The notes under the pieces: generated by a model
Seen by the model: the letters and a program-made list of their open reading frames with translations, nothing else
The model's database searches: none
Told to the model about the DNA's origin: nothing
From: Raillietiella orientalis
Taxonomy: Eukaryota
Direction: 5' to 3'
Length of the DNA: 64,000 nt
NCBI GenBank assembly: GCA_036172245.1
Contig: JAYWIR010000011.1
Coordinates: 1,984,001-2,048,000 of the forward strand
Made by a program: the position numbers and the translations under genes
In this document: piece by piece, positions 1 through 10,872 of the stretch
How the letters are laid out: every line of letters starts with the position of its first letter
Position numbering within the stretch: position 1 is the first letter of the stretch

Positions 1-954
1 AGGCCTCGCCAACGCGGCACGGGAGACCTGAGGCGGAAGCCCAGAGGGTGGAAGCGCCTCCCGGGAACCATGGGGGGGATGGGGGGAAGGGCCGAGCGCA
101 AGGGGTCTCCGCCGGATGGCCTTCCTCAGGTTCTCCCCTCCAGGCGCCTGCAGACCCGAGGAGGCAACGCTCAGGGAAAGCGGCTCCGCGCGTCCAAACC
201 TGCCTGCCGTCAGCTGCCCCGGGGGCGGCCTGCGGGCCACAGCCGGAAGCAGCTACTGCCAGGTGAACCGCTGCAGGGGGCGCGAGAGCATCCAGTGGCC
301 GCGCCGCGGCGACAGAGGTCCTCCGCCTCTCTCCCACCCCCACCCCGACCGCCGCCTCCGGGGTTCCGATGCGAAGAGATCCCCTTTCTTTTCCGGCCTC
401 TCCCCCCCCCGCACCCCTCCCTCCCGAAAAAATCGATGGGGCAAAGCCAGTGGGACTGCGCCGGATAAAGGGGCCAATTACCGCCGGCGTCCCCGGGGAA
501 CGCAGCCGTCCCGGACCCGCGAATCCCGCTGATGGCCACAAATTACGGCGCCTCCTCTTTGACGTTTCCCTGTTTTTCACGCGAGGGGAAGCGCGCGTCC
601 GGGCGCTCCACCCCCGGACGGGGTCTTCGAGCCGTGTGCGGGAGAGGGCGTCACCGTCACCGCGAGGACTCTCGTGATGGCGCATCCTCGCCTCCCGAGG
701 TCTCTCGCTCTTCGGGTTCGGGAAAGGGCGGCGACGGAAAGGAAGGGAAGGGGAAGAAAGGAGGGGTCGCTCACTCGCTCTCTCCCGGAGGCACGCAGCG
801 ATCGACAGGCCGACCGTCTCCGAGAGACGGTGCCACCCACCCGTCCCCTGCCCCTTACTTCGACCCCGAACGGACGGCTCCATCCTCGACGGCGACGAAG
901 GTGAAGCGCCCCTTCGCTTGCGCGGCTTCTTTTTGCCTGTTTTTTTTTTTTTTT

Positions 955-960
955 TTTATT
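955..960 (-). promoter_or_regulatory. candidate polyadenylation signal of caudal
   Basis: AATAAA on the minus strand ~400 nt after the stop codon. It abuts a genomic A-run, so it may be coincidental. Confidence 0.35.
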
Positions 961-1296
961 CTGAATCTGATTGGCTGTCGCCACTCCGTTGCTCAGAGTC
1001 GGCGTCGTCAGCGCCGCCGTGGTGGCTGCTGGCAGCATCGGCGGCGGCTCAGCTGAGTATTCCACAGCCGTCCGTCTCCCCTCGTGGGGTCGACGGTCGG
1101 AAGGAGGCGTTTCACCTGGTCGTGCCGAGGGGGCAGCGGGCTCGCCCTGGAGGGAAGGGGCGGGTGCCCCCAGTCGAACCCTCGGCGCTCGCGGCGGCTT
1201 CTCAGGCCAGCCTTCCCGAGGACCGACCCCCGGCGCGCGCCTGCGCGGGGTCGGTGGCGCGCGCGCGGGGCGGAGGGGCGAGGTGGGATAGCGGCA

Positions 1297-1300
<4 letters not shown>

Positions 1301-1345
<45 letters not shown>
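1301..1345. repeat. (AG)n microsatellite just 3' of the caudal stop codon
   Basis: Uninterrupted AG dinucleotide run. Confidence 0.95.
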
Positions 1346-1347
<2 letters not shown>

Positions 1348-1362
1348 CGCTCTCTCCTCCCT

Positions 1363-1581
1363 TCACTCGGACGACAGGCAGATGAGGTTCGGTTCCATCT
1401 TGATGCCGGAGATGCGGCCCGGGTGAGAGGATGGCAGGTGCATGGCGCCGTCCAGCTGCTGCATCGGGATGGTGGCGCCCGGCACGCTGTTCGAGTCGGC
1501 CTTGTCCTTGGGCGCCAGCTCGTCCCGTTTCTTCGCCTGCTTGCGCTCCTTCGCCCGCCTGTTTTGAAACCAAATCTTGAT
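1363..1581 (-). CDS. cad: caudal/Cdx coding exon 3 (helix 3 and C-terminus)
   Basis: Acceptor CAG at 1584-1582; [15 protein letters not shown]...LSSE then TGA at 1365-1363. The intron between ERQ and (V/I)KIWFQN is the usual Cdx position. Confidence 0.95.
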   Translation of the reverse strand: MKIWFQNRRAKERKQAKKRDELAPKDKADSNSVPGATIPMQQLDGAMHLPSSHPGRISGIKMEPNLICLSSE

Positions 1582-1704
1582 CTGGGGGAGCATCATCATC
1601 TCAGTGGAGCCCTCTGCCGGTGCGCGCGCATCCCGGAGCCCGCCCGCGCGCCGGGGGGGGGGGGGGGGGAGGAAGGGAGGGGAGAAGAGGGCGTCCTTCC
1701 TTAC

Positions 1705-1850
1705 CTGGCGCTCAGTGAGGCCCAGGAGCGTCGCCAGCTCCGTCTTGCGCCGGATGGTGATGTACCTGGTGTACCGAAACTCTTTCTCCAGCTCCAGCCG
1801 CTGGTGGTCGCTGTACACCACCCGGTACTTGTCCTTGGTACGGGTCTTCC
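1705..1850 (-). CDS. cad: caudal/Cdx coding exon 2 (homeodomain helices 1-2)
   Basis: Acceptor CAG at 1853-1851; encodes (G)[48 protein letters not shown], diagnostic of Cdx; donor CAG|GTAAGG. Confidence 0.97.
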
Positions 1851-4800
1851 CTGGCGTACAAGAGAAAGTCAGAAAGACCTGTTCATCACGTCCCCGCGCT
1901 TCTCGGAGGTTCCAGGGCGGCAGGGTCGGGAGGAAGCGGACGAAGCAACCCCTGAGCGCCCTGCGGCGCGGAAGCGCGCGCGCGTCCGTTTCACCTCGGG
2001 CAGTCCTCGAGGAGCAGAACTCCCGGCGCGCTGGTCAGCCTTCCTCCCAGCTCCCTCTTCTCGGGGAAGCGCGGGGCGAGAGCGACGGGGCTGCGCTTGG
2101 TTTCCGCCGCCGACTGCATCAGCGCGTCAGGTAGCGGCTCCCCCCTCCCCCCTCCTTTTCCCCACCTAACTCGCGCGGATCGCGCAGGAGGACAGGGTGA
2201 GCAAGGTGCCAAGAGAGCGGCGGCGCGCGCATTCGGGATGGCTTAGAGCCAGTAGGCATCGTCCAATCCCGTTCGATCGGCCAGAGGCTCGCAGCACCGA
2301 TTGGTCAGCTGGTCAAAGAAGGGAAACTCCCCTTCCGGCTCGCGGGAGATGCTTTTGCGCCGCGTCCTCCTTCCCGAGCCTGGAGGAAAAGCGCGAAGAC
2401 CCACCTCCCCCTGGTCCACGGAGGGAAGGTTTCCTGAAAGGCGCCTGACCGTGGGGGCGCCAGGTGGACGGACCCCTCGAACGCGTCGGAGCGAAGGGGG
2501 AGGTGAGAAGGGGATCTCCTGTGCGCCCTTTTCCCATAAAGATGGGGAGGGAAGGTGGTGGAGGAGGCTGCACTGGGGACCACGAGCGCGCGCGCTCCGC
2601 GTCCGAGCCGCAGTTGAGGAGGGCAGGAAAGGAAGAGGAAAAAGGGAAGCAGGGAGGAGGGAGAAGGAGAGGAGGAGGAGGAGGAGGGGAGAAGAAAAGG
2701 GAAAACAAGGAGGAGGAGGGACCGTTCTATCCTTCCCCATTCCCACTCCACCCCGAAGCGAGTCCGGGGAGCTCGTTTTCCGCAAAGGAAGAGAGCGAGG
2801 AAGGTTCGTCCCTCCCGGTGGGGACAACCCTTCCTCCTCCCGTGGGACGGGAGGGGAAAGAAAAAGGGGGTGCAAGAAGGAAGCGCTCGTCATCACCATC
2901 GCCCCTAGTTCCGGGAAGGCGAGAGTCTCCCTCCTTTTCTGGAGGAGGGGCGGCCCTGCTTTCCTGAGGGTTTCCTAGGCGGCCTCTTCTGTGCCTGCCA
3001 TCCGCGCGCTCGGGAGGGGTTAGGGCGAGCCCCCGTGCGCCCGCGGACGCGCGCCCACCTTCCTCTGGCGCCCGACGTGTGCCCTCTTCCCGCACCCAGG
3101 AGGCCCGGACCCGCTCCGTCGCCTTCCAGGAGGAAAGGTCCTCCGGAAAAACCGCCCCCCTCCTTTCTGCCCGTGGGCATGGGAACCGCTCCGTCAGACG
3201 AGAGAGACTGTCCGGGCGCACAGGCCGCCGGGCACGCGGCGAGACTCCGTACCTCTGGAATGGGGAGAGCAGGAGAGGAGCCCTCCTCGTCGTCCGTACG
3301 CGCTGCACGCAGCCGCCTGTCGCGGTCGTTCGAGCGGAGGCCGCCCGCTGCTCCCGGCGAAGCGCTCGCGGCCGCCTGAGCTCACCGGACCAACGGAAGC
3401 AGGGAGGGCACAGTAGGGACGGTGTCTTGGAATGGGGGGAGGGAAGAGGAAAGAAATGGGGACCCTTGAAAGCGAGAAATGACTCGAGGCTGACTACCCT
3501 TTCCACGGGTCGCCCCTTAGGGGAAAGGAGGGGAGGGGAAGACGCATGCGGAGAGAGTTTCGGAGGACGGCTAGACTCCCGAGGAAGGCGTTCCTGGAAG
3601 GAGTAGGGCGCTCTCCTCACCCCTGCCCCTTTGCAGGGGCGCCAACCTCCCGGCAAGCCCTCTCGGTCACCCGAGCCGGCCGCTTCCGACGTTGTGCAGC
3701 ACGAGACGGTACGGAAGCTGCTCCAGACTCATCACCCTGGTGCGGCAGCAGCCGTGCCGCGCCCCCACTCCCTCGCCAGCGCGCTCCCGGAGCCTCTATG
3801 GCGAGCGGACAGGACTCTCCCTTTCTCCGCCCTACCCACAAGCTATCCCGGCTGCCAGAGCGCTGATCCCGGTCAGCCGAAGGGATCACGAGGCTGCCGG
3901 TCCAGGGACACAATCCCCCCCTCCTCTCCCGCGAAGGAGGCGGTGCAGGGGCTGCGCCTCGTGTGGTCCCCTCCTCCCGGGGAAACGAGCAATAACCGGG
4001 AATCCCTCGTCGGCGATCGAGGAGGGGGTCCCGGCACGCGAAGTAAGGTGGGGATCAACCTCCGGAAACAGGCGCGAAGCCCGGAGGGGAGCGCAGGTGC
4101 GGTCGGTTTCCAGACCGAACCAGGAAGGGGGCCGCTTGCCCTCGCGGCAAGTCCGTGGCTCGTCAGCACGGGGAGAGCGGCTCCTGGAAGAGGGAAGGGA
4201 GGGAAGGAAGAAGAGGAGGAGGGGGAGAGCTCGTCGTCTATCCCTGTAGGGAGGGCTTCCGGCCTGACGGAGCGTCTGCGCCGCAGACCACCCTCGCCTT
4301 CTCGGATGGGGAAGAGGCTGCACGCCGATCCACCGAGGGCCAGAGGGCCACTCTGCTACCGAATTTTACGGGGGCACCCCCTGCTGCTCCAAGGCGCGAC
4401 TGCACGCGATTCCGGACTCAGAGGACACTCCGCAGAGACCGACAGGGGACGCCCCCCAAGGAGCCGGGAAGCGCAAGGGATGCTCCGCAGCAGCATCTCT
4501 GTTCTCGGGAAGAAGAATCCGGTCTTTCCCTTTTTTCCTCCTCCTCAACCTCTTCCTTTCTCGCTTCTTTTTCCTTCCCTCTCCCTTCATTCCTACCGCT
4601 CCTCAGAGCCTCCTCCCGCCAGTGCCGCCGGTTCTTTGGGCTCTGTTCCCTCCCGACGGGGACGGAAGCGGATCGTCCGAGGCGCCTTCCCTCGCCAGTG
4701 GTTCCCTACCACCCTTGCGCGGCGCCGTCCCTTCCAGCCAGCCAGCCCGCGCCCGGTGCACCCTGCTTGGCTCCCCGTGCGTCCTTCGCATCCCTGCACC

Positions 4801-7800
4801 CGAAACGAACTCCCGTTCTTCTCCACCTCTCAGTTCCTGTCCTTTTCTTTTCCCCGCTCCCGTTGCCGCCGGGTGCTCCTCGCTGCTGGTCGCCGCTTTC
4901 CCGGTCCTTCCCGCTCCCCTCTTCCCTTTCACTTTCAACCTGCTGCTGTCCCTCTCCTGTTCCTGCTGCTGACTACCCGGATGGCGGGAGCAGGCGGGGG
5001 GGTCGCAGCAGCAGCGACGGCCTCACCCGTGACGACGAAGGGAGAAGGAAGCGAGGGACAGGAGCGCGTGGGGGAGGGGGACAAATAGAGAGAGAGATCT
5101 GCCTTGATCTTGCCGCCGTTCCCGCTTCCGTCGACGGTGCGAACCCGCCGGATTTTCCCGGGACTCGAGCTCCTCCTGGAATCCTCCGGGAAAGGAAGCG
5201 GGACGAGGAGGAAGACTCCAGGGGAAGGAGGCCGAGGAGGTAACCGGGAAGAGGTTCCCCTGGAGGAGCGGGAGAAAGTTGTCGGCTCCACGGCGACTGC
5301 CCCGGCGTCCCATTTCCCGGAGAACCAACCCGTCTCTGCCACTCGACGAAGGGCGTTCTCGGGATCGGACAGCCTCGTCTCTCCCTCTCCCCCCCTCCTT
5401 CCGCCCTCTCCTTCGTCGGGGTCTCTCCAGGGAGGTCCGGAAGGGGAGGTCGCCCTCCTGACCGCGGGACGGCGGCCACGGAAGCCGGGAAGGAGCTCGG
5501 GAGGAAAGGGGGGAAGGGGAGGAGGGAGCACGGATGGCCCCCGGCACCCTTGTGACAGCCCCCTGGCACCCCCTCCCCCCTTCTTGCTCACTGCTGATCT
5601 CCCTCGGAAGGCGGGAAACACGAATTTCCTGCCGGGGTGCGAAGATTCGCCCTCGCGAGGGAGCGTCTTTTTGTTTGTCCTGTCGTCCGGGATAGGGAAG
5701 GAATTTATGGCCACCCCATCTGGCCGTTTCCGCGTGGAGGCCCGCCGCCCCCTCCCTCGCGCGGACCTCCATTCACTCCGGAAGGCGCGCGCGCGAGCGC
5801 GCGCCCACGTCGCCTCAGGGGTCCTCGAGAGGAGCGAGCCGAGGTTGAGCGCAGGCGGCAGGATCCGAGCGAAGGGGAAGGGGAGGGGGAAGAGGGGAGA
5901 GAGAGATAAAAAAGGTCGGGTTCAGAAGTTCGAGGGCCCCGCCGTCCTGGCCGCGAGGGCCGTAAAAGCCACGTGGGGAGACTCGGATCGCCTCGCGCGG
6001 ACGCGCGCGCGCACGCACGCCTTCGCATCCTCCGCAGGTGCTTCTTCCCGCGCGCCCGTGACACGAACACACTCCCCTCCAAGTGGACTGTCCCCAAGGC
6101 AAGAGGCCGCGGCGGAGGGGGGCCGCGGTCGCGTCCATAGCCGCGGATCGCCTGAGCGACCGACGGCGTTCAGGCAATCCGCGGCTGCAGGCGGGAGGGC
6201 GGGCGGGGTCGAACGAGCGAAGAGCGGGCGCCCTGTGAAGGGGATGGAGGGGGTAGGGGGGAGATGGGGGAGAAGGCGGCTCCCTTTTAGGGCCGCACCC
6301 CTGGGAATCGCGCGCGCTGGCGCAAAGCAGCCGCTGGTTCATTAGGGAAGCTTCGAACCCGCCGGAGCCGAAAGTCGCGGCAGGATGGCGCTGCGGGGAA
6401 GCGCCGCCGCCTCCAATGAGGCTTCCACCAGACCCCCCATGGCCCGCGCAAAGCAGAGGGAAGGGGGAGGAGGAGGGGAGAATTCAGGAAGCAGGAGCGG
6501 CGGTCGAGGCGCCCCGCCGCGACGGAAGGCGAGCCTTCGCGGGCTGGCCGCCCTTCGGGATGGGCAGATCCCCCGTCCACGTGACTGGTCTCACCGGCAC
6601 CCGACCCCGCGCAGGCTTCCGTTCCTCTCGGCGCCGGAAGCGGGCATCAGCAGGTGCTGACACGATCTGCCTCGCGCGCCCCGAGCGGGAATCTCCTCTT
6701 CTTCCCAGTTTCCCTCTGCAGCAGCGGGGCGGCCAGTGAGCGGCGGTGGCCCACCTGGGAGGCCCTCCGGTAGACGGGGCCTTCCAGGTTCCTTCGAGTG
6801 CGTGGATCCAAGCTGTGGGGATCGTTCCGGGGGCAGAGGGAGGAACCTTGACGAACCGATTCCCCGGTGACCTCCTCTGCCCTTTCTGGATTCCCGGTCT
6901 CCCTCCCCTCACACGGGAATCGCAGAGGGGGACCGCGGAGTTCCTGGCGCGGGGCCGGTTCATTCCCAGCCTCGTCCGTCTTTCCCATGCTGGGCTGCAT
7001 GGGACGGGATGGGAGCGGCTCTGGGAAAAAGGGTAAGGGGAGAGGGAGACTTCCCGGGTCCTCCCCACAGAAGAGGAGGCGGGTCCACGCTTTCCGGGAC
7101 GCAGGAGCTCGCGGGAGCAAACCAGGGAGCTCCTTCAAGCGCCTGCTCGTCGTCGGGACTCCTCCTCTCCCGCCACCTCCCTCCAGGAATCAGAAGCAGG
7201 TCACGTAGGAGCCGGAGGCTGCTTAAGGGGGGGATACGAAGGAGACGGAGGGGGATGCTCCCGTAGGTCAGGGGTCAGGTCAAGCCGGCAGACGAAGCAA
7301 TTGCGAGGACACCAGGAGCAACGGTTTCGCTCCCCACTTACCCCACTACGTTCCATCGGGGATGGGAAAAGCGCTGGAGCAGGATGGGGTCACCCGACTG
7401 GGCACTCCTTTCCTCTTCGCTCCCCCGCGAAGACGAGGAGCGGACCCTCCGGGGCTGCGCGCGTACCGCGCTTCCCTTCCCGGCTGACACAGGACGATCC
7501 CGGGCGCTGCGGCACGCGCCTGCGGGAGGAGAAAGGGAGGAGTCTGGGGGCACACTCGTCTCCCCCATCTTCAGAGGGAGGCCGCCTGCGCCCACTTGCG
7601 GAAGGACCAAGGGAGCGTCCCCGCGCCTCGGGCAGGGAGCTCCCTGGCTGGAGTCGGGCCGGCTCGTGGGACGCGGGTGAGACGAGGGTGGGGAAGTTGG
7701 CACGTCCGGGAAGGCGGGTACTGACGCTGCCGATCGATCCTCCGGGAAGGGAGGCTGGGGACCGACTGCCTACGCCTCCACTCACTCCCTCCCCCTGCCG

Positions 7801-7873
7801 GTAAGTGCGCGCGGGTCGCCGTTCCCCTCGCCGCAGTCGCTCCCCCGGGAACGCGAGGGCCCGTCGAGCTTAC

Positions 7874-8681
7874 CGGAGGACTGTTGGTTTTGGTAGGAAG
7901 GCTTCTTAATCCACTCGAAGGGGCTGCGGTTCTGCTGCGGGCGGTTGGAGGTCACCTGAGGAGGATTCCTGGACGGGATGCCACCGTGAGGGGACACCGA
8001 GTTCGTCGGGATGCCGCCATCCCCGGCGATCCTCATCCTGGGGTCGGGAGATTTGTTGGCGGAGGAGGAGGAGGCCGCGTCCAGCTCTTGGTGGGGGATT
8101 GGCGCGTACTCGGCGCCGCCGCTGGACCCCGCCGCAAGGGTGCACGGGACCAGAGAGGGGAGTCCGGAGATGTGGTACTTGAACCCGGCGAAGCCGGAGG
8201 GACTAGGGATGCCGGCGGAGTTGGGCTGGGAGTTCAGGGAAACGGACGCCGCCGCCGCCGCCGCCGCCGCCGCTGCTGCTGTTCCTCCTCCTCCTCCCGC
8301 CGCGGCGCCGCCACCGCCGCCTCCTTGGGACAGAGAGCTCGGGGAGTGCGTCCATTCTTCGTAGAGACCGCCCATCCCGGCCGACCTCGAGCAGGAGGAA
8401 GGAGGGATGTGGGAGTACTGGTACACGGGGGCGGGCCACGGCTGGTGCTGGCCGCTGTCGTTCTCGATGGTGCTCCCTGCGTACTGGTGGGACACGGGGA
8501 ACATCTGGTTTCCGTTGAAGTCGGGCATGCCCACGGGCTGCATGTACTGGGACGCCCCCTGCGGCTGGTGGTGGTAGCCATATCCGAAGTAGGCGTTCTG
8601 GGCAGGAACGGCGGCCGGGTAGCGGTTGGAGTGAGGGTGTCCGGGGTACATGGTTCCGTATGAGTCGTACAACGAGATCAT
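7874..8681 (-). CDS. cad: caudal/Cdx homeobox protein, coding exon 1 (N-terminus, poly-Gly/poly-Ala tract, hexapeptide)
   Basis: Starts MISLYDSY (cf. MVSYY of arthropod Caudal) at ATG 8681 and ends SPFEWIKKPSYQNQQSS-G, the Caudal-type hexapeptide. Donor G|GTAAGC is phase 1, matching exon 2. Confidence 0.92.
8246..8324 (-). repeat. coding trinucleotide repeats (poly-Gly / poly-Ala) in Caudal
   Basis: (GCC)n, (GCT)n and (CCT)n on + encode GGGGGGAAAGGGGGTAAAAAAAAAAA. Confidence 0.9.
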
Positions 8682-8683
8682 GG

Positions 8684-8707
8684 TCACTTCCCGACGGTGG
8701 CGCACAT
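8684..8707 (-). other. upstream ORF (MCATVGK*) ending 2 nt before the caudal ATG
   Basis: Minus strand reads ATG TGC GCC ACC GTC GGG AAG TGA CC ATG. Confidence 0.55.
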
Positions 8708-10677
8708 GCTCCCGCGGGACGGGGTCCGGAGACAGGGCGCAGGAAGAGAGAGAGAGAGGCAGCGGGGAGCTCAGGCGCCGGGTGTGTGCCGACTGCCGGG
8801 GCTGCCGCAGTGAGCGCGCGGACGGACTCGGCTCGGTAGCCAAGGCGCGGACGCTGCGAGGGCGGCGCTCTGCGCGCGGCGGAGGGCGTTCATTGGCGCC
8901 CTCTGCCGCGCGCGCGAGAGCGAGCGAACGGGGAGCGCGCCGGCGACGACTCGCTCTCTCCTCTCCCTCCCTCCGTCCTCCGCGGAGATGCGGCGGAGGA
9001 TGATGCGCGGCTCTCGCCGCCGCCTCCGCCGTGTGGCGCCGGCACCACCACACGCTCCGCGCACTTCGCAGGGCACGCGCAAAAGGGGGGCCTCAAGCCA
9101 CCTGCGTCGGATACGTCCCCCCCCCCCCACACCACCACCACCACCACCACCACCACCATGCGGGGAGGGGGAGCGTCTTCCCCCATCCTGCGCTGGGACC
9201 TCCACTTCACCCCCCACTCCACCCCCTTGCGCTCCGACGACTCCACCCAGGGGGATCCGGCAAAGGCCCGCAGCGGCGCGCTGACTTGACGTCAGGAGAA
9301 AGGGCGGCGGCGGGGTCGACGTGCGTTTTCGTCAGGGTGATTCATGGCGTGGGCGGAAAGGGAGCGGAGGAGGGAGGGGGGGAGAGCGGCGTGGGTGATC
9401 GTCCGGGGAACGGGAGAAAGGAGGGGGGGAGCAGGGGGAATGGGTGCAGGGGAGATCAAGCTCGAATTGAGGAGGTGGTGGTTGAGTCCTCCGAGAATTC
9501 CATCCCCACCCCCCCCGGCCTCCTCCCCCAGCACGCGGCGTGCCCCCCCTTCACACTCTCTTCTGACGATGCTCACCAACTCAGTGGAGTCGGGAAGAGG
9601 AGGAAAGGAGGAGAGGGAGAGGGTCGATCCCTCGAGGACACGCGCGCTTTCGCGTGCGACATGCCTCTCCGTCGCCACGGAGACCTCCGGCCAGAGAAGC
9701 GCGGGCTCCTCCTCCGCGAATCCTGGAGGAGGAAGGCTCACGCGACGGGAGAGGAGGGAACGAGAGAAGACGGGAGGGGGGGGGGGGAAGGGGCTCGACG
9801 CTGCTCCTCCGGGAAGGAAACGCCGCCGAGGGAGCCCCGAGAAGGGGCCCCGAGTTCCCGCAAGCAGCAGGGAACAGCGGATGTGGACGGTCGTCCTCGG
9901 GAGGTGGGGAGGAGGGAGCAGTGTCAGATCCCCGGCACACGCCGCGGTTGCCCCTACAAAGGGAAGGGGTGGGGCATGCCATGGAGATCGTCCCATCACG
10001 CGGCGAGAGAGCGCAACTCCGTCCTCACTAGGGGGTTAGCGAGAGGGACTACAGAGGGGACCGGCGTCAGGCGAGGCCCTTTCTTGTCTCCCACCTGCCC
10101 TTTTCCGCTTCCCCTCCCTTTCCACCCATATCCCTGTCTTCCCCCACCCCTTCTTTTAAACCCTTTCCTGCGGTGGACTTACGTGGAACGAGGAGGCTGC
10201 TGACTGCTCACGAAGGGGGTCGCAAGGGGAGTCGCGGAGTCTCGCAAGAGCAGCACAGGCAGAAGGGCCTCCCTGCCTCCCGAAGAGGGAGCGGGGTCAG
10301 GAGGGGCCGTCGCCACCTGGAGCGGGAGGCTGCGCCCCTCTCTCCTCCTTGGGACTTCCTTTCTGCCTGCAAGAGGGCGTCCGTGCTCCCTCCGCCCGTT
10401 GTTTCTCCTCCCCCCCTGTTCCTTCCACCGCTTCCCAGGACCCAGCCGCTGCGGCCCTCGAAATCACTGGGAACAGCAGACGAATCCCTGACTGAGAGAG
10501 CCCTGCACGGGGGAGAACTGTGCTCTTCCGTGGACGCGGGGAAGCCCCGAGCATCATCCCGTAGCCGGTCGTTTGAGAATAATCGGCGGCTCATCGGGGG
10601 ATGCTGCGGCGGCACGGAAAATGAGACTGATCGGGCGGGGCAGGGGGACGGATGCTCTCTCCGTCTAATCGCCATCA

Positions 10678-10872
10678 TCCTCTTTCCCCTCTCCCCCTCC
10701 CCCTCTCTTCATCCCCCTCTCTTCCTCCTCCTCCTCTTCCTCCTCCTTTCCTTTTCCTCCTCCTTACCTCTTCTTCCTCCTTCCCTCTTCTTTCTCCTCC
10801 TCCTCCTTTCTTCCCCCTCTTCCTCCTTTCCCCTTCCTCCTGTCCTCTTTCTTTCCTCTTCCTCCTCCTCCT
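10678..10872. repeat. ~190-bp polypyrimidine/polypurine tract ((CCT)n/(CT)n-derived)
   Basis: Almost only C and T on the + strand. Confidence 0.9.

Noticed and set aside
7780..7873. Alternative donor GA|GTGAGT downstream of caudal exon 1
   Set aside because: It is phase 2 whereas exon 2 needs phase 1, so it would frameshift the homeodomain.
8682..9053. In-frame N-terminal extension of Caudal suggested by the ORF track
   Set aside because: There is no in-frame ATG, the composition is GC-artefact-like, and MISLY matches the known Caudal start.
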